Below are positions 27,301-35,916 of a stretch of DNA of 64,000 nucleotides, in pieces (the stretch's first letter is position 1; every line of letters begins with the position of its first letter). The DNA lies in the NCBI GenBank assembly GCA_030605565.1, contig JAUWIB010000089.1, forward strand, positions 12,197-76,196. Reading direction: 5' to 3'. Origin of the DNA: a bacterium (GTDB lineage: Bacteria; Zixibacteria; MSB-5A5; GN15; FEB-12). The notes beneath the pieces are model-generated. The model saw nothing but the letters and a program-made list of their open reading frames with translations. It was not told the origin of the DNA and ran no database searches. A program made the position numbers and the translations under genes.

Positions 27301-30300
27301 GCTTGTAAGGTATCCTGCGGACAGTTGATCTGCACGAATTCACCGATGTTAACCGTGACACAAGCATCCAGCGTGTCGGCCAGACCGCATACATCGATAG
27401 CTATAACCTCGACGCAGTAAAACCCGGAGCTTTCGGCGGTGAAACATATTTCGCCGGTCGCTTCGTCGTAGTAGCCGATGTCGGTCAGTACCTCAACCAG
27501 ATTGTCTTCGGCGTCACCAAATACTATAGGTACGCAGATGTTGGGCTGGCAGGTGGTGATAACAGAGTCGGCCCAATCGTAGATGATAAACGGCGCAGTA
27601 TTGAATTCAATCGTGACCGCCATAGTGTCGCTGTCCTCTTCGCCGCATTCATCGACAGCCGTCACGATCAGGTTGTAAACGCCGGCTGTGTCAGCGGTGA
27701 AGCAGACGCGGCCGTGCAGCGGATCGTACAAGCCGCCGGTGACCATGACATCAGCGATATTTCCGTCCGGATCGTACACACCCACCGGCACGCAGACCTC
27801 CGACGGATCGCAGAACATGATGCTGCTGTCGGGTGGCAGGAGAACGAGGGGATCGTGGTTGCACTCGATTGTCACTGTGAAACTGCAACTGAAGCTGCCG
27901 CAAGGGGTGACAACCTCGAGGGTGACTTGGTTGGTATTACCACACTCGGAGATGAAACAGACAGATTGCAGTTCATCATCGAACCAGGTGTTGATGCCGG
28001 TCACGTTGACGGTTGCTATCTCAGGGATGCCGCCGATCGGCAGGCAAAAAGTGTCACCGACACAAGTGAAGATAGTCGTGTCGTTCGGACAGACAAGCTC
28101 TATCCCCTGGTCGGTCAGGATTGTCACATAAGCGGTGTCGGTATCGACCATGTTGCAACTGTCGGTAACCGTCACGATAATCTCGAAAGTGCCACTGTCG
28201 TAAGGTGTGAAACAGACCTGCCCGTCGCTGTACGAACCGCGGTTGACATCAATACTCTGGATATTGTCATCCGGATCGGAGATGTCTATCGGCAGGCATA
28301 TCGCCTGCGGATAGCACAGGTATACCGTTGTGTCGGGCATTCCTGTCGCGACCGGCGGGCTGTTGATGTCCACGCTTATGTTGATGGTGTCGGCGGCCGT
28401 CAGGTCGCACGTATCAACCACTGTCACGATCATGGTGTAATTGCCCGGTCCGTCAGGCATGAAGCAGACTTGCGAGGTAACCTCATTGTAGATACCCAGG
28501 CTGGTTGTTAATGACTGGTAAACGCTGATCGTGTTGACATCGACGCAGATTTCGCCCAGTTCACACAAGTCGAGATCGAGATCGTCACCAAGATCGACAA
28601 ATGGCGGCGCGCCGGAGGTCACAGTGACTGTCACCGTATCCGCCGCCGTTGCACCGCACTCGTCGGTGGCTTCGACGATCAACTCGTAGGCGCCGTCATG
28701 GTCAACCTCGAAACAGACCTTGCCGGTCTGCGGATCGTAACTGCCGAGATTCGGAGTTACGCTAAGCAGGTTGCCGTCCTCGTCACCAACGGTAACGTCG
28801 ACACAAACTTCGGTGAGGCCGCACAAACCGACCTCGAAATCGGCGCCAAGATCAACATACGGCGGTTCGTTCAGGTCAACCGTGACCACCGTTGTGTCAC
28901 TTGCAGTAGCGCCGCAGGAATCGGCCGCAGTGACGATTATCATGTAGCTGCCGGCAGTGTCGGCGTTGAAGCAGACCTGCCCGGCGTCGCTGTCATATGT
29001 CCCATTATTGACTGTGACAGTGAGAACATCCATGTCGGCATCCGTGACGGCGACATCAAAGCAGATTTCCGACGGTTCGCAAAGGAACGCTGCAAAGTCA
29101 TCTGCCGTGGTGACACTTGGCGCGTGGTTGCCCTCGATTGTCACCGGCACGATGCAGGTGTCGGAGTGGTCACAACTGTCCACGACCTCAATGACGATGT
29201 CAAACTGGTCATTGCCGACGGCATCGAAGCAAACCGATCCCGCGTCGTAGATTGCATTCTGCGAGAGGATGTTCACCGTCAGGTCCGGATCGCCGGGGTC
29301 GAAGTCAAAACAGAGTGTCTGCGGTTCACATATCGAGAACAACTGAGGTTCCGGACACTCAACGACCGGGGGGCGGTCGAGCAGTATGGTAATCCTGATC
29401 GTATCCGGATCGCACGGCGGACACTCGGGGCATGCTTCGCTGTAAATCTTGGTGCCGGTACAAGGATCGGTAACACAATATTCAAATATGTATGTGGCTG
29501 AGTCGACGTCGTCCGGCATGAAGCAGGTCTGTCCGGAACTGTCGGTCAACATCGTAAACCCGCCCGGACCGGATTCCTGGGTGATGCTAAGAATATCGCC
29601 GTCAGCATCGGTTGCGACAACGTCGAAACAGATCTCCTGAATGTTGCACAGATAGATGGTAGAGTCAAACGTCAGGAGAATCGGCGGACTGTTTATTGCT
29701 ATCGTGTCGTAGACAAAACCGGTATCGCCGGCGCAAGTGTCATAGGCCGCCACTTCAAAGGTGTAGACACCGGATGTATCCGGGAAGTAACTGATCAATC
29801 CCGTCTGGGTATCGACAGTGCCGACGCCGGACAGCATGATGAAGGTCATCGGGTCGCCATCGGCGTCAAAAGCAGTAACGCCAACCTCGCGGAGTTGGTC
29901 GGGTTCACACAAGGTCGCTGAGGTAAACCGATCATAGACAATCGGCGGTGTATTGATCTCGATGGTCACTGTGAATTCGGCGTCACAGTAGGCGCCGCAA
30001 CTATCGAAGCAGCGGACAGTGATAGTACCGCCGACGCTCTTGTCCGGAGTATAGCACCAGTAACCGTCAACGATTTCACCCACACCGGAGAAGACCTCAC
30101 AACGATCGAAATTGCCGTTAGGGTCGGTAGCCGACACCGGTAGACAGATTTCTTCAGGTTCGCAAAGGACGATAGTGGTATCATTCGGCGGGTTGCAGAT
30201 GGGCGGGTCGTTGAGATCAACGGTCACGATAGTCTCACAAGAACTCTCGGCGCCGCAAGCGTCGAGAGCTGTCAGGACGATGACGTTAGGTCCTTCAATC

Positions 30301-33300
30301 GGCGTGAAGCAGACAGTGCCGTTAGCCATATTGACCTGAGCGCCGTTGACTGTTACGATAACAGACTCCAGCGCACCCTCCGGGTCGGACGCCGCAAAGC
30401 CACCGATGCAAACGTCACTCATGTCGCAGGTCCAGAGGGTGGTGTCACCGGGGCAGGTGACTATCGGCGGCTGATTGATTTCAAAGGTAACGGTGAATGT
30501 CTGGTCGCAGTAGGCACCGCATGAATCGCTGGCGCGAACTGTGACCGTGACTGTTTCGGCGCCTACTGGCGTGTAGCACCACTGGTCGCCGTTGATAGCG
30601 CCGGGACCGGAGATCAGTTCCCATCCGTAGAGGTTGCCGTCCGGGTCATCGGCTACGAGTGGCAGGCAGAGTTCCTGCGGGCCGCAGTTGAAGAGGGTGG
30701 TGTCGGTTGGCATCAGGCAAACCGGCTCGCTGTTGAGAATAACCTCGATGACGGCATCGCACCAACTGGTATCACCGCAATCATCAACGGCATAGAGAAT
30801 CATCGAGTTGGCGCCTTCGGTCGGCGCGAAGCAGACGCTGTTTTCGATGACCGGGTAGTCGCCGCCGTTGACGGTGACCCATATAGTGTCAAGATTCCCG
30901 TCCTCATCTATCGCGCCAAAACCCTCGACACAGATTTCATCATCCAGGTTGCATACGAAAACCGGTTCGAGGAGATCGACACAGGTAACCGCCGGTGGTG
31001 CGTTCAGGTCGAACGTTACGGTGAAGCTGCTTTCACAGGTAGCGCCGCATTCATCGGTGCACTGGATTGTGACGGTGATAGTCTCATCGCCGGACGGAGT
31101 GTAAGTCCAGAGTCCATTGATGAGTTGTCCCGGACCGCTGACGACTGAACAACCGGTCAGGTTGCCGTCGATGTCGTCGGCACTAATCGGCAAGCTTACT
31201 TCGGCCAAATCACATTGGAAAATCGTAGTGTCGTTCGGTGTGTTGCAGGTCGGCGGAGTATTCGGCAGAATCGGGACAACCGACTGACACTGGTCCTGAG
31301 CGCCGCAGCTATCAATTGCTGTCACCACAATGATATTGTCACCGGCCATCGGCGTGAAACAAATCTGTCCTTGATCCCATGTGACCGGCACTCCGTTGGC
31401 GGTAACAGTAACGCTGGCCAGATTTCCGTTGGCATCAGAGACCAGGAAGTTATCCAGGCAAATCTCGGAGAGATCGCAGACCAATACAGGATCAGGGAAG
31501 TCGGGACAGGCGACTGTCGGCGGCTGGTTCATCTCCAGCGTTACGGTGAATGTCTGGTCGCAGTATGCGCCGCACGAATCCAGAGCGCGCACGGTGACAG
31601 CTAATTGTTCCGCCTTATCTCCGCCATAGCACCACTGGTCACCGTTAAGGTAGCCGGGACCGGAGATGAGATCCCATCGGTCAAAGTTTCCATCGCCATC
31701 GCCGGCCGTCAGCGGAAGGCAGATTTCGATCAAGTCGCACAGGAATAGTGTAGTGTCGTTCGGACCTTCGCAGACCGGCTCTGAGTTGAGGGTAACATCA
31801 ATAACTGCACTGCAGATGCTCATGGCGCCGCAACTGTCGGTCGCCAATAGCTGAACTTCATTGAAACCCTCTATCGGCGGGAAGCAGATGGAACCATCAC
31901 TAAGTGGAGTCGACTCGCCATTGGCTATGGCAATTACGGACTCAAGATTGCCGTCCTCGTCAGTAGCTGCGAAACCGCTGAGGCTGAGGCAGAGTTCTTC
32001 AAGGTTGCACACCAGAATCGGATCGAAGGTGTCAGGACAGGTTACCACGGGATGTGCGTTTAAATCAAAGTCGACCGTAAAGCTGCTCTCGCAGGTTGCG
32101 CCACAGTCGTCGGTGCACTGTATTGTGACAGTAACAGTCTCATCACCGTCCGGAATATAGAACCAATTGCCGTCCACAATCTCGCCGGGACCGCTCGTGA
32201 TCGTGCAACCGATCAGGTTGTCGTCAACGTCCACGCCCGACACCGGCAACGAGATGCCCACCGCACCACAGTAGAAGATACTCGTGTCGTTGGGGACATC
32301 ACAGACAGGAGCCTCGTTGAAGAGCACGGTCACGAATATCTCATCGGCATCCTCACCGCCGCAGTCATCAACCGCCGTCACCACGACCTGATACGTACCG
32401 GCGGTGTCGGCGGTGAAGCAGACTTGTCCGGTGGCGGCGTTATAGATGCCACCGTCGACTTGGATGTTTGATATATTGTTATTAGCGTCGCTGATGCCGA
32501 CCGGCAGGCAAATAGCGCTCGGACTACACAGCATCATAGTCGTATCCGGCGGCAACAGCACCAGCGGGTCAACGTTACATTCGACCGTCACCGTGAACTC
32601 ACAGGTGTAAGTGCTGCATGGCGTGTGCACCATGATCTGGATGTTGTTCTGATTGGAACACTCAGTGTAAAAACAGACCGAATGCGTGGCGTCGTCGTAC
32701 CAGGTGTTGAGTCCCAGGACGTCAACAGTGATATCATCCGACCGGGGAATGCCGCTCAACGGGAGACAGATGGTATCCTGCACGCAGACAGACAGGGTAG
32801 TGTCATTAGGACATTCGATGACGATATCCTGGTCGGTCATAACGGTGAGGTTGATAGTAGTCGAAGCGGACTCTCCGCATTCATCAGTGGCCGTCACGAC
32901 TATTTGGTAGTTGCCCGCGGCGTAGGGTGTGAAACAGACCAGTCCGTTATCGTAGTAACCCTGACTGGTAGTAATTTCGACAATATTCTGGTCGGCATCA
33001 TTGATATCAACCGGCAGACAGATTGCCTGCGGGAAGCACAGGTAGAAGGAAGTATCAGCGACCGCGCTCACTGTCGGCGCCTGGTTGATCGACACCGTGA
33101 TATCCATCGTGTCCGCAGCCACCAGACCACAGGTGTCGGTGACCTCGACGATCAAGTTGTACAGCCCGTCACCTTCGGGTGTAAAACAGACCTGGCCGGT
33201 CTGAACGTCGTAAGCGCCGAGATTAGTTGTCAGCGATCCGTACTCGGCGATAGTAGTAACGTCCACGCAAATCGATTCCCCCCCGCAAAGAAGGGTATCG

Positions 33301-35162
33301 AAATCGTTCGGCAGAATCACAAACGGATCCACACCGGGATCGGCGGTGATTGTTACCGTATCTACTGCCGTGACGCCACAGGCATCAACGGCCTCGACAA
33401 TCAGATCGTAGGAGCCGGGCTCCTGAATGGTCATGCAGACCTGACCCTCGGCAACGTGCCCCAGGTTGGTAGTAACGTCGACGATGTTGTCATCGACATC
33501 AATCAAATCAAGAGCGATGCAGATATCGCGTGGATAGCAGGGATAGATGGTCGTGTCAACACCCAGCGAAACTTGTGGAGACTGATTGAATGTCACCGTC
33601 ACGGCGACCGTGTCAGACGCTGTCTGCCCGCAGGTGTCGGTCACTTCGACGATCATGTCATAGACGCCGTCCATCTCAGGAGTAAAACAGACCTGTCCGA
33701 CATCAGCGTTATAGATTCCAAGGTTGGTGGTGAGATTGGCGAAGGCATCGATAGTAAGCACGTCGATGCATATCTCAGTTGGCTCACACAAGAATCGCTC
33801 AAAGTCGGGGCCGAGCTCGACAAACACTGTCGGTCCCGGGTCGGCGGTGATGTTCATAGTTGCAACCGAGGTCTCGCCGCAATTGTCAATAACCGTAACT
33901 TCCAACGGGTAATCGCCCGGCTGGTTGATTGTGATGCAAACCTGACCGTTGGCATAAGCACCGATACTCGGTGTAATACTCACGATGTTGTCGTCAACGT
34001 CGGCTACCGTCACCGGCACGCAGACTTCCTTCGGATAGCAGGGATAAACCGTCGTGTCCGGCGGGAGATCGACTGTCGGATCACTGTTCATAGTAATCTC
34101 AAAGGTAGCGGTGCATTGGTCGCTCTGACCTGTGCTGTCGGTTACCGTTACATTGATGTAATAGTATCCGGTAGTGTCGGGGGTGAGGCAAAGCTCTCCG
34201 GTAACCGGATCGATAGTGCACGGCAACTCACCGGGAATCGTGAACAATAGATCGCCGGCGCCGTCATAGACTACGGTCGTCGGTAAGCAAACCGTCTCAC
34301 CGGCGCAGACAAAAAACTGACCGGTCGAACATTCGATCTCAACAGGATCCCAGATTATGTCGAACCTGGTGCAGTCGATCGAGGCGAGAATCTTGACGCG
34401 ATTATCAGGGTTGCAAGCCGAGTTGGGCGGGTCATCCGGTCCCGGCTGATCTTCTCCGGCGTACTTGACGCCGATAGTGAACAGTCCGACCTCGGTCGCT
34501 GTCAGGGTGGCCGTGGCCACGCCGTTCTCGTCGGTGACAGCAGTTGCTGTCGGGTCACCCTCTATCGGTATCCCACATTCTTCCTGGTGGAGGTAGAACC
34601 CGATCAGCCGATCCGGCATTGGGGCGTAAACTCCATCGCAACAGTCCTGCTCCAGCAGAACCGTCACCTCGTATGGCACCTCGGTCATGATCGTAGCCGG
34701 CATTGATATGATGGTCAAACGACTATCGATTTCGGTCAGAGGCGCACTGGCCTCAACATCGTAGCCAGAGGCGGTGACGATAATCGGCAGCCAGGCGTGA
34801 AACTCGTCTTCGACTACCCATAGCGCCTTGATGGCGCCATCGGCAGTAGCCTGGACGTCGAACTGTGCCAGTTCAACGTTGCTGCCCGACTGATTCTGGT
34901 GCAACACCAGTATCGAAACCGTCTCATCGGAGGCAAAACCACTCCCCTCAATGAATACGGTATCTCCCTGGGCACGACCTGCCGACTGCAAGTCCAGTCG
35001 CGGTGATTCATCACCGACGACAGGCAGTGGCGACTCCGATCCGGCTGGGTTGGTATCTCCGGCAGCAAAAACCGGCAAGGCACAAAAGACCAGGCCGATA
35101 GCTATAAACAGTAATCTCTGACACCTCGATCTTATCATCAGGTCCTCCAAAAAATTCATCAA
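24312..35162 (-). CDS. Giant secreted Cys-rich tandem-repeat surface protein with C-terminal cohesin-like domain, dockerin and T9SS C-terminal sorting domain
   Basis: The product is 3,616 aa with a signal peptide (LLFIAIGLVFCALPVFAAG). Roughly 30 modules of ~95 aa share PxDTT..C....(I/V)C(L/V)P...D.D.N...G.VCF.P...G.Y..(I/V)V.(A/V).D.CG. The cohesin-like block reads VRVSIDGG...FDILLAYD. The dockerin has two DVN(L/A)(N/D)G loops. The CTD reads LSQNYPNPFNPATSISF...GVYFYRL. Confidence 0.9.
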   Translation of the reverse strand: MMNFLEDLMIRSRCQRLLFIAIGLVFCALPVFAAGDTNPAGSESPLPVVGDESPRLDLQSAGRAQGDTVFIEGSGFASDETVSILVLHQNQSGSNVELAQFDVQATADGAIKALWVVEDEFHAWLPIIVTASGYDVEASAPLTEIDSRLTIISMPATIMTEVPYEVTVLLEQDCCDGVYAPMPDRLIGFYLHQEECGIPIEGDPTATAVTDENGVATATLTATEVGLFTIGVKYAGEDQPGPDDPPNSACNPDNRVKILASIDCTRFDIIWDPVEIECSTGQFFVCAGETVCLPTTVVYDGAGDLLFTIPGELPCTIDPVTGELCLTPDTTGYYYINVTVTDSTGQSDQCTATFEITMNSDPTVDLPPDTTVYPCYPKEVCVPVTVADVDDNIVSITPSIGAYANGQVCITINQPGDYPLEVTVIDNCGETSVATMNITADPGPTVFVELGPDFERFLCEPTEICIDVLTIDAFANLTTNLGIYNADVGQVCFTPEMDGVYDMIVEVTDTCGQTASDTVAVTVTFNQSPQVSLGVDTTIYPCYPRDICIALDLIDVDDNIVDVTTNLGHVAEGQVCMTIQEPGSYDLIVEAVDACGVTAVDTVTITADPGVDPFVILPNDFDTLLCGGESICVDVTTIAEYGSLTTNLGAYDVQTGQVCFTPEGDGLYNLIVEVTDTCGLVAADTMDITVSINQAPTVSAVADTSFYLCFPQAICLPVDINDADQNIVEITTSQGYYDNGLVCFTPYAAGNYQIVVTATDECGESASTTINLTVMTDQDIVIECPNDTTLSVCVQDTICLPLSGIPRSDDITVDVLGLNTWYDDATHSVCFYTECSNQNNIQIMVHTPCSTYTCEFTVTVECNVDPLVLLPPDTTMMLCSPSAICLPVGISDANNNISNIQVDGGIYNAATGQVCFTADTAGTYQVVVTAVDDCGGEDADEIFVTVLFNEAPVCDVPNDTSIFYCGAVGISLPVSGVDVDDNLIGCTITSGPGEIVDGNWFYIPDGDETVTVTIQCTDDCGATCESSFTVDFDLNAHPVVTCPDTFDPILVCNLEELCLSLSGFAATDEDGNLESVIAIANGESTPLSDGSICFPPIEGFNEVQLLATDSCGAMSICSAVIDVTLNSEPVCEGPNDTTLFLCDLIEICLPLTAGDGDGNFDRWDLISGPGYLNGDQWCYGGDKAEQLAVTVRALDSCGAYCDQTFTVTLEMNQPPTVACPDFPDPVLVCDLSEICLDNFLVSDANGNLASVTVTANGVPVTWDQGQICFTPMAGDNIIVVTAIDSCGAQDQCQSVVPILPNTPPTCNTPNDTTIFQCDLAEVSLPISADDIDGNLTGCSVVSGPGQLINGLWTYTPSGDETITVTIQCTDECGATCESSFTVTFDLNAPPAVTCVDLLEPVFVCNLDDEICVEGFGAIDEDGNLDTIWVTVNGGDYPVIENSVCFAPTEGANSMILYAVDDCGDTSWCDAVIEVILNSEPVCLMPTDTTLFNCGPQELCLPLVADDPDGNLYGWELISGPGAINGDQWCYTPVGAETVTVTVRASDSCGAYCDQTFTVTFEINQPPIVTCPGDTTLWTCDMSDVCIGGFAASDPEGALESVIVTVNGAQVNMANGTVCFTPIEGPNVIVLTALDACGAESSCETIVTVDLNDPPICNPPNDTTIVLCEPEEICLPVSATDPNGNFDRCEVFSGVGEIVDGYWCYTPDKSVGGTITVRCFDSCGAYCDAEFTVTIEINTPPIVYDRFTSATLCEPDQLREVGVTAFDADGDPMTFIMLSGVGTVDTQTGLISYFPDTSGVYTFEVAAYDTCAGDTGFVYDTIAINSPPILLTFDSTIYLCNIQEICFDVVATDADGDILSITQESGPGGFTMLTDSSGQTCFMPDDVDSATYIFEYCVTDPCTGTKIYSEACPECPPCDPDTIRITILLDRPPVVECPEPQLFSICEPQTLCFDFDPGDPDLTVNILSQNAIYDAGSVCFDAVGNDQFDIVIEVVDSCDHSDTCIVPVTIEGNHAPSVTTADDFAAFLCEPSEICFDVAVTDADMDVLTVTVNNGTYDSDAGQVCFNADTAGSYMIIVTAADSCGATASDTTVVTVDLNEPPYVDLGADFEVGLCGLTEVCVDVTVGDEDGNLLSVTPNLGSYDPQTGKVCFEVDHDGAYELIVEATDECGATAADTVTVTVTSGAPPFVDLGDDLDLDLCELGEICVDVNTISVYQSLTTSLGIYNEVTSQVCFMPDGPGNYTMIVTVVDTCDLTAADTINISVDINSPPVATGMPDTTVYLCYPQAICLPIDISDPDDNIQSIDVNRGSYSDGQVCFTPYDSGTFEIIVTVTDSCNMVDTDTAYVTILTDQGIELVCPNDTTIFTCVGDTFCLPIGGIPEIATVNVTGINTWFDDELQSVCFISECGNTNQVTLEVVTPCGSFSCSFTVTIECNHDPLVLLPPDSSIMFCDPSEVCVPVGVYDPDGNIADVMVTGGLYDPLHGRVCFTADTAGVYNLIVTAVDECGEEDSDTMAVTIEFNTAPFIIYDWADSVITTCQPNICVPIVFGDAEDNLVEVLTDIGYYDEATGEICFTAESSGFYCVEVIAIDVCGLADTLDACVTVNIGEFVQINCPQDTLQAEPICGPTEVCVPLEIIGNNFTVTSSIGTYGEGELCFPADTAGIYMITVIGNAECNSDTCVVYVEVTIPDEAVITCPADTALLVCGPDTLCLDYTVSASVGMVSVTEPAYLSENQVCVPVLEAGSLEITMIATSICNSDTCSFTVTADFNSPPEIVSGPDTSLTVCEPYEVCIPITYSDVDDNIIEVSSSHGQIVEDEVCFIPTDFGIHTVVVSVRDACGETACDTTVVTILPGGSPLIICPPTTVYDTLCTADSICITMPISPGDAVVTVLPNGSYDPATGELCVYIDETGLYNIMVTAEAQCGVDTCEFDLDIQVPQPPVITCPGIIDTLLCLTDPVELCYPVTVTGTDPIITVEPEGSYADGEVCVIIDQPGSYDITLIATGRCDADTCVTTINVTGDQAPQLFLPEETLVFERCSDDTTLVCVDGIYATDLEDSVTLTQTCGPDGFELITDDSGRVCFLPDAFGLYEFCFEVDDGCNITVGSFFVDIQELEDCDVCVRVSIDGGSCTPVGLLKTVDLNIETREWLGGFDILLAYDASVMAFTYAGIEGSAVDGWEYFEYRIGAADCGASCPSGLVRLVGIADINNGPNHPPHETLFPNGVLVEMQFQVANDQNLGDQFLPINFAWYSCADNAFSDTSGYDLFVDVRILNFEGSMIWDENDDINYPESSRPFGMGTRDDCFGGGKIDPIRCIEYINGGICVTHPDSLDDRGDVNLNGVAYEIADAVVFSNYFVKGLSVFVVNVAGQIAATDVNADGVTLSVADLVLLIRVIIGDADPIPKLSPYPEELFVTTEYSDGHLSVSTDAVGEIGAALFVFDVNDATTIDIPQLATAAEDMNLMHAVVDGELRILIWNLGTDLIEPGEHRLVEITYSGDTAPILKRKEIVDYQGRPYRCVNKGGELPTEFSLSQNYPNPFNPATSISFSTPQTADWTLHIYNVTGKLVRSFSGHAPAGHQTITWDGLDSRGGTAASGVYFYRLDAGSFTDTKKMVLLK

Positions 35163-35344
35163 GTCGCAGGAGTACGACCTTGTCCGCGGAGCGATGTTGC
35201 GGGTAGATGAACACCTCGTATCTGTTCAGAGGGCGAGTGACCCCCGCTAAGCGCAACATTTACATCTGCTAAGCTCCTACACCGTTTGGGTGACATGTTG
35301 TAGTAAGCTAATGTAGTAAGCAAGCTTAGTTTTTCAAGCATCAT

Positions 35345-35372
35345 AATATAGCCTATCTGGCTGAAAAGTCAA
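35345..35372 (-). promoter_or_regulatory. Candidate sigma70-type promoter of the giant surface-protein gene
   Basis: On the minus strand: TTGACT (35372-35367), a 16-nt spacer, then TATATT (35350-35345). The 5' UTR is about 180 nt. Confidence 0.35.
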
Positions 35373-35640
35373 CCACGCAATAGTCTCACGGCCTATGACG
35401 CAAGAATCGGGCCGAGCCGGTAATCCGTTAAAATGCCGACGGTTACAAGGCTTATCTGAACAGGTTTGCAGCCGTCTGCCTTTTGTATGAAAACAACTTG
35501 CAGGTTTATGCCGATTGGCTGCTCCGGAACTGGAATATCCGAAGGATTTGGGAGCTGATTGACCGATTGGCCCGGAGGCGGGAATCTGCCGGCTGGGTGG
35601 GCTTGGTGGTTCGGTACTCGGCAGTCCCCGTAAGTGGAAA

Positions 35641-35693
35641 CCCCTAGTCCGAAGGACCGCCCTGAGCGGAGTCGAAGCGCGGGTTGCGACAGT
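35641..35693. repeat. Family C element (inverted orientation)
   Basis: cccctagtccgaaggaccgccctgagcggagtcgaagcgcgggttgcgacagt. It is contiguous with the family B copy. Confidence 0.75.
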
Positions 35694-35748
35694 CTTGTAG
35701 GTCAGGTTCCTTGGAACCTGACGCCAAGAAGTAGCTTGCTACCTTGCC
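35694..35748. repeat. Family B hairpin repeat plus tail
   Basis: cttgtaggtcaggttccttggaacctgacgccaagaagtagcttgctaccttgcc. Confidence 0.85.
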
Positions 35749-35916
35749 TCTCGGGATCACAAGAATCTTGACCTGCGAGGCTGACGAACACGAAAACGGT
35801 GGTTTCTCAACGCGCCCGTTCGCGGAAATGACATGGCGTGAACCATACGCAAGAAAAACGGGAGCGACGCGAGACGTCGCTCCCTCAACCATGGGCAGTT
35901 GTCAAACCCCGACGGG

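Noticed and set aside
25185-34250. Long plus-strand ORFs inside the giant gene (25185..26477 at 430 aa, 27714..28511, 28698..29501, 32625..34250 at 541 aa)
   Set aside because: These are antisense shadow frames of a strongly supported minus-strand gene. Their translations are low-complexity (V/D/G/R-rich) with no motifs. The minus frame carries the signal peptide, the repeated domain skeleton and the recognisable C-terminal domains.
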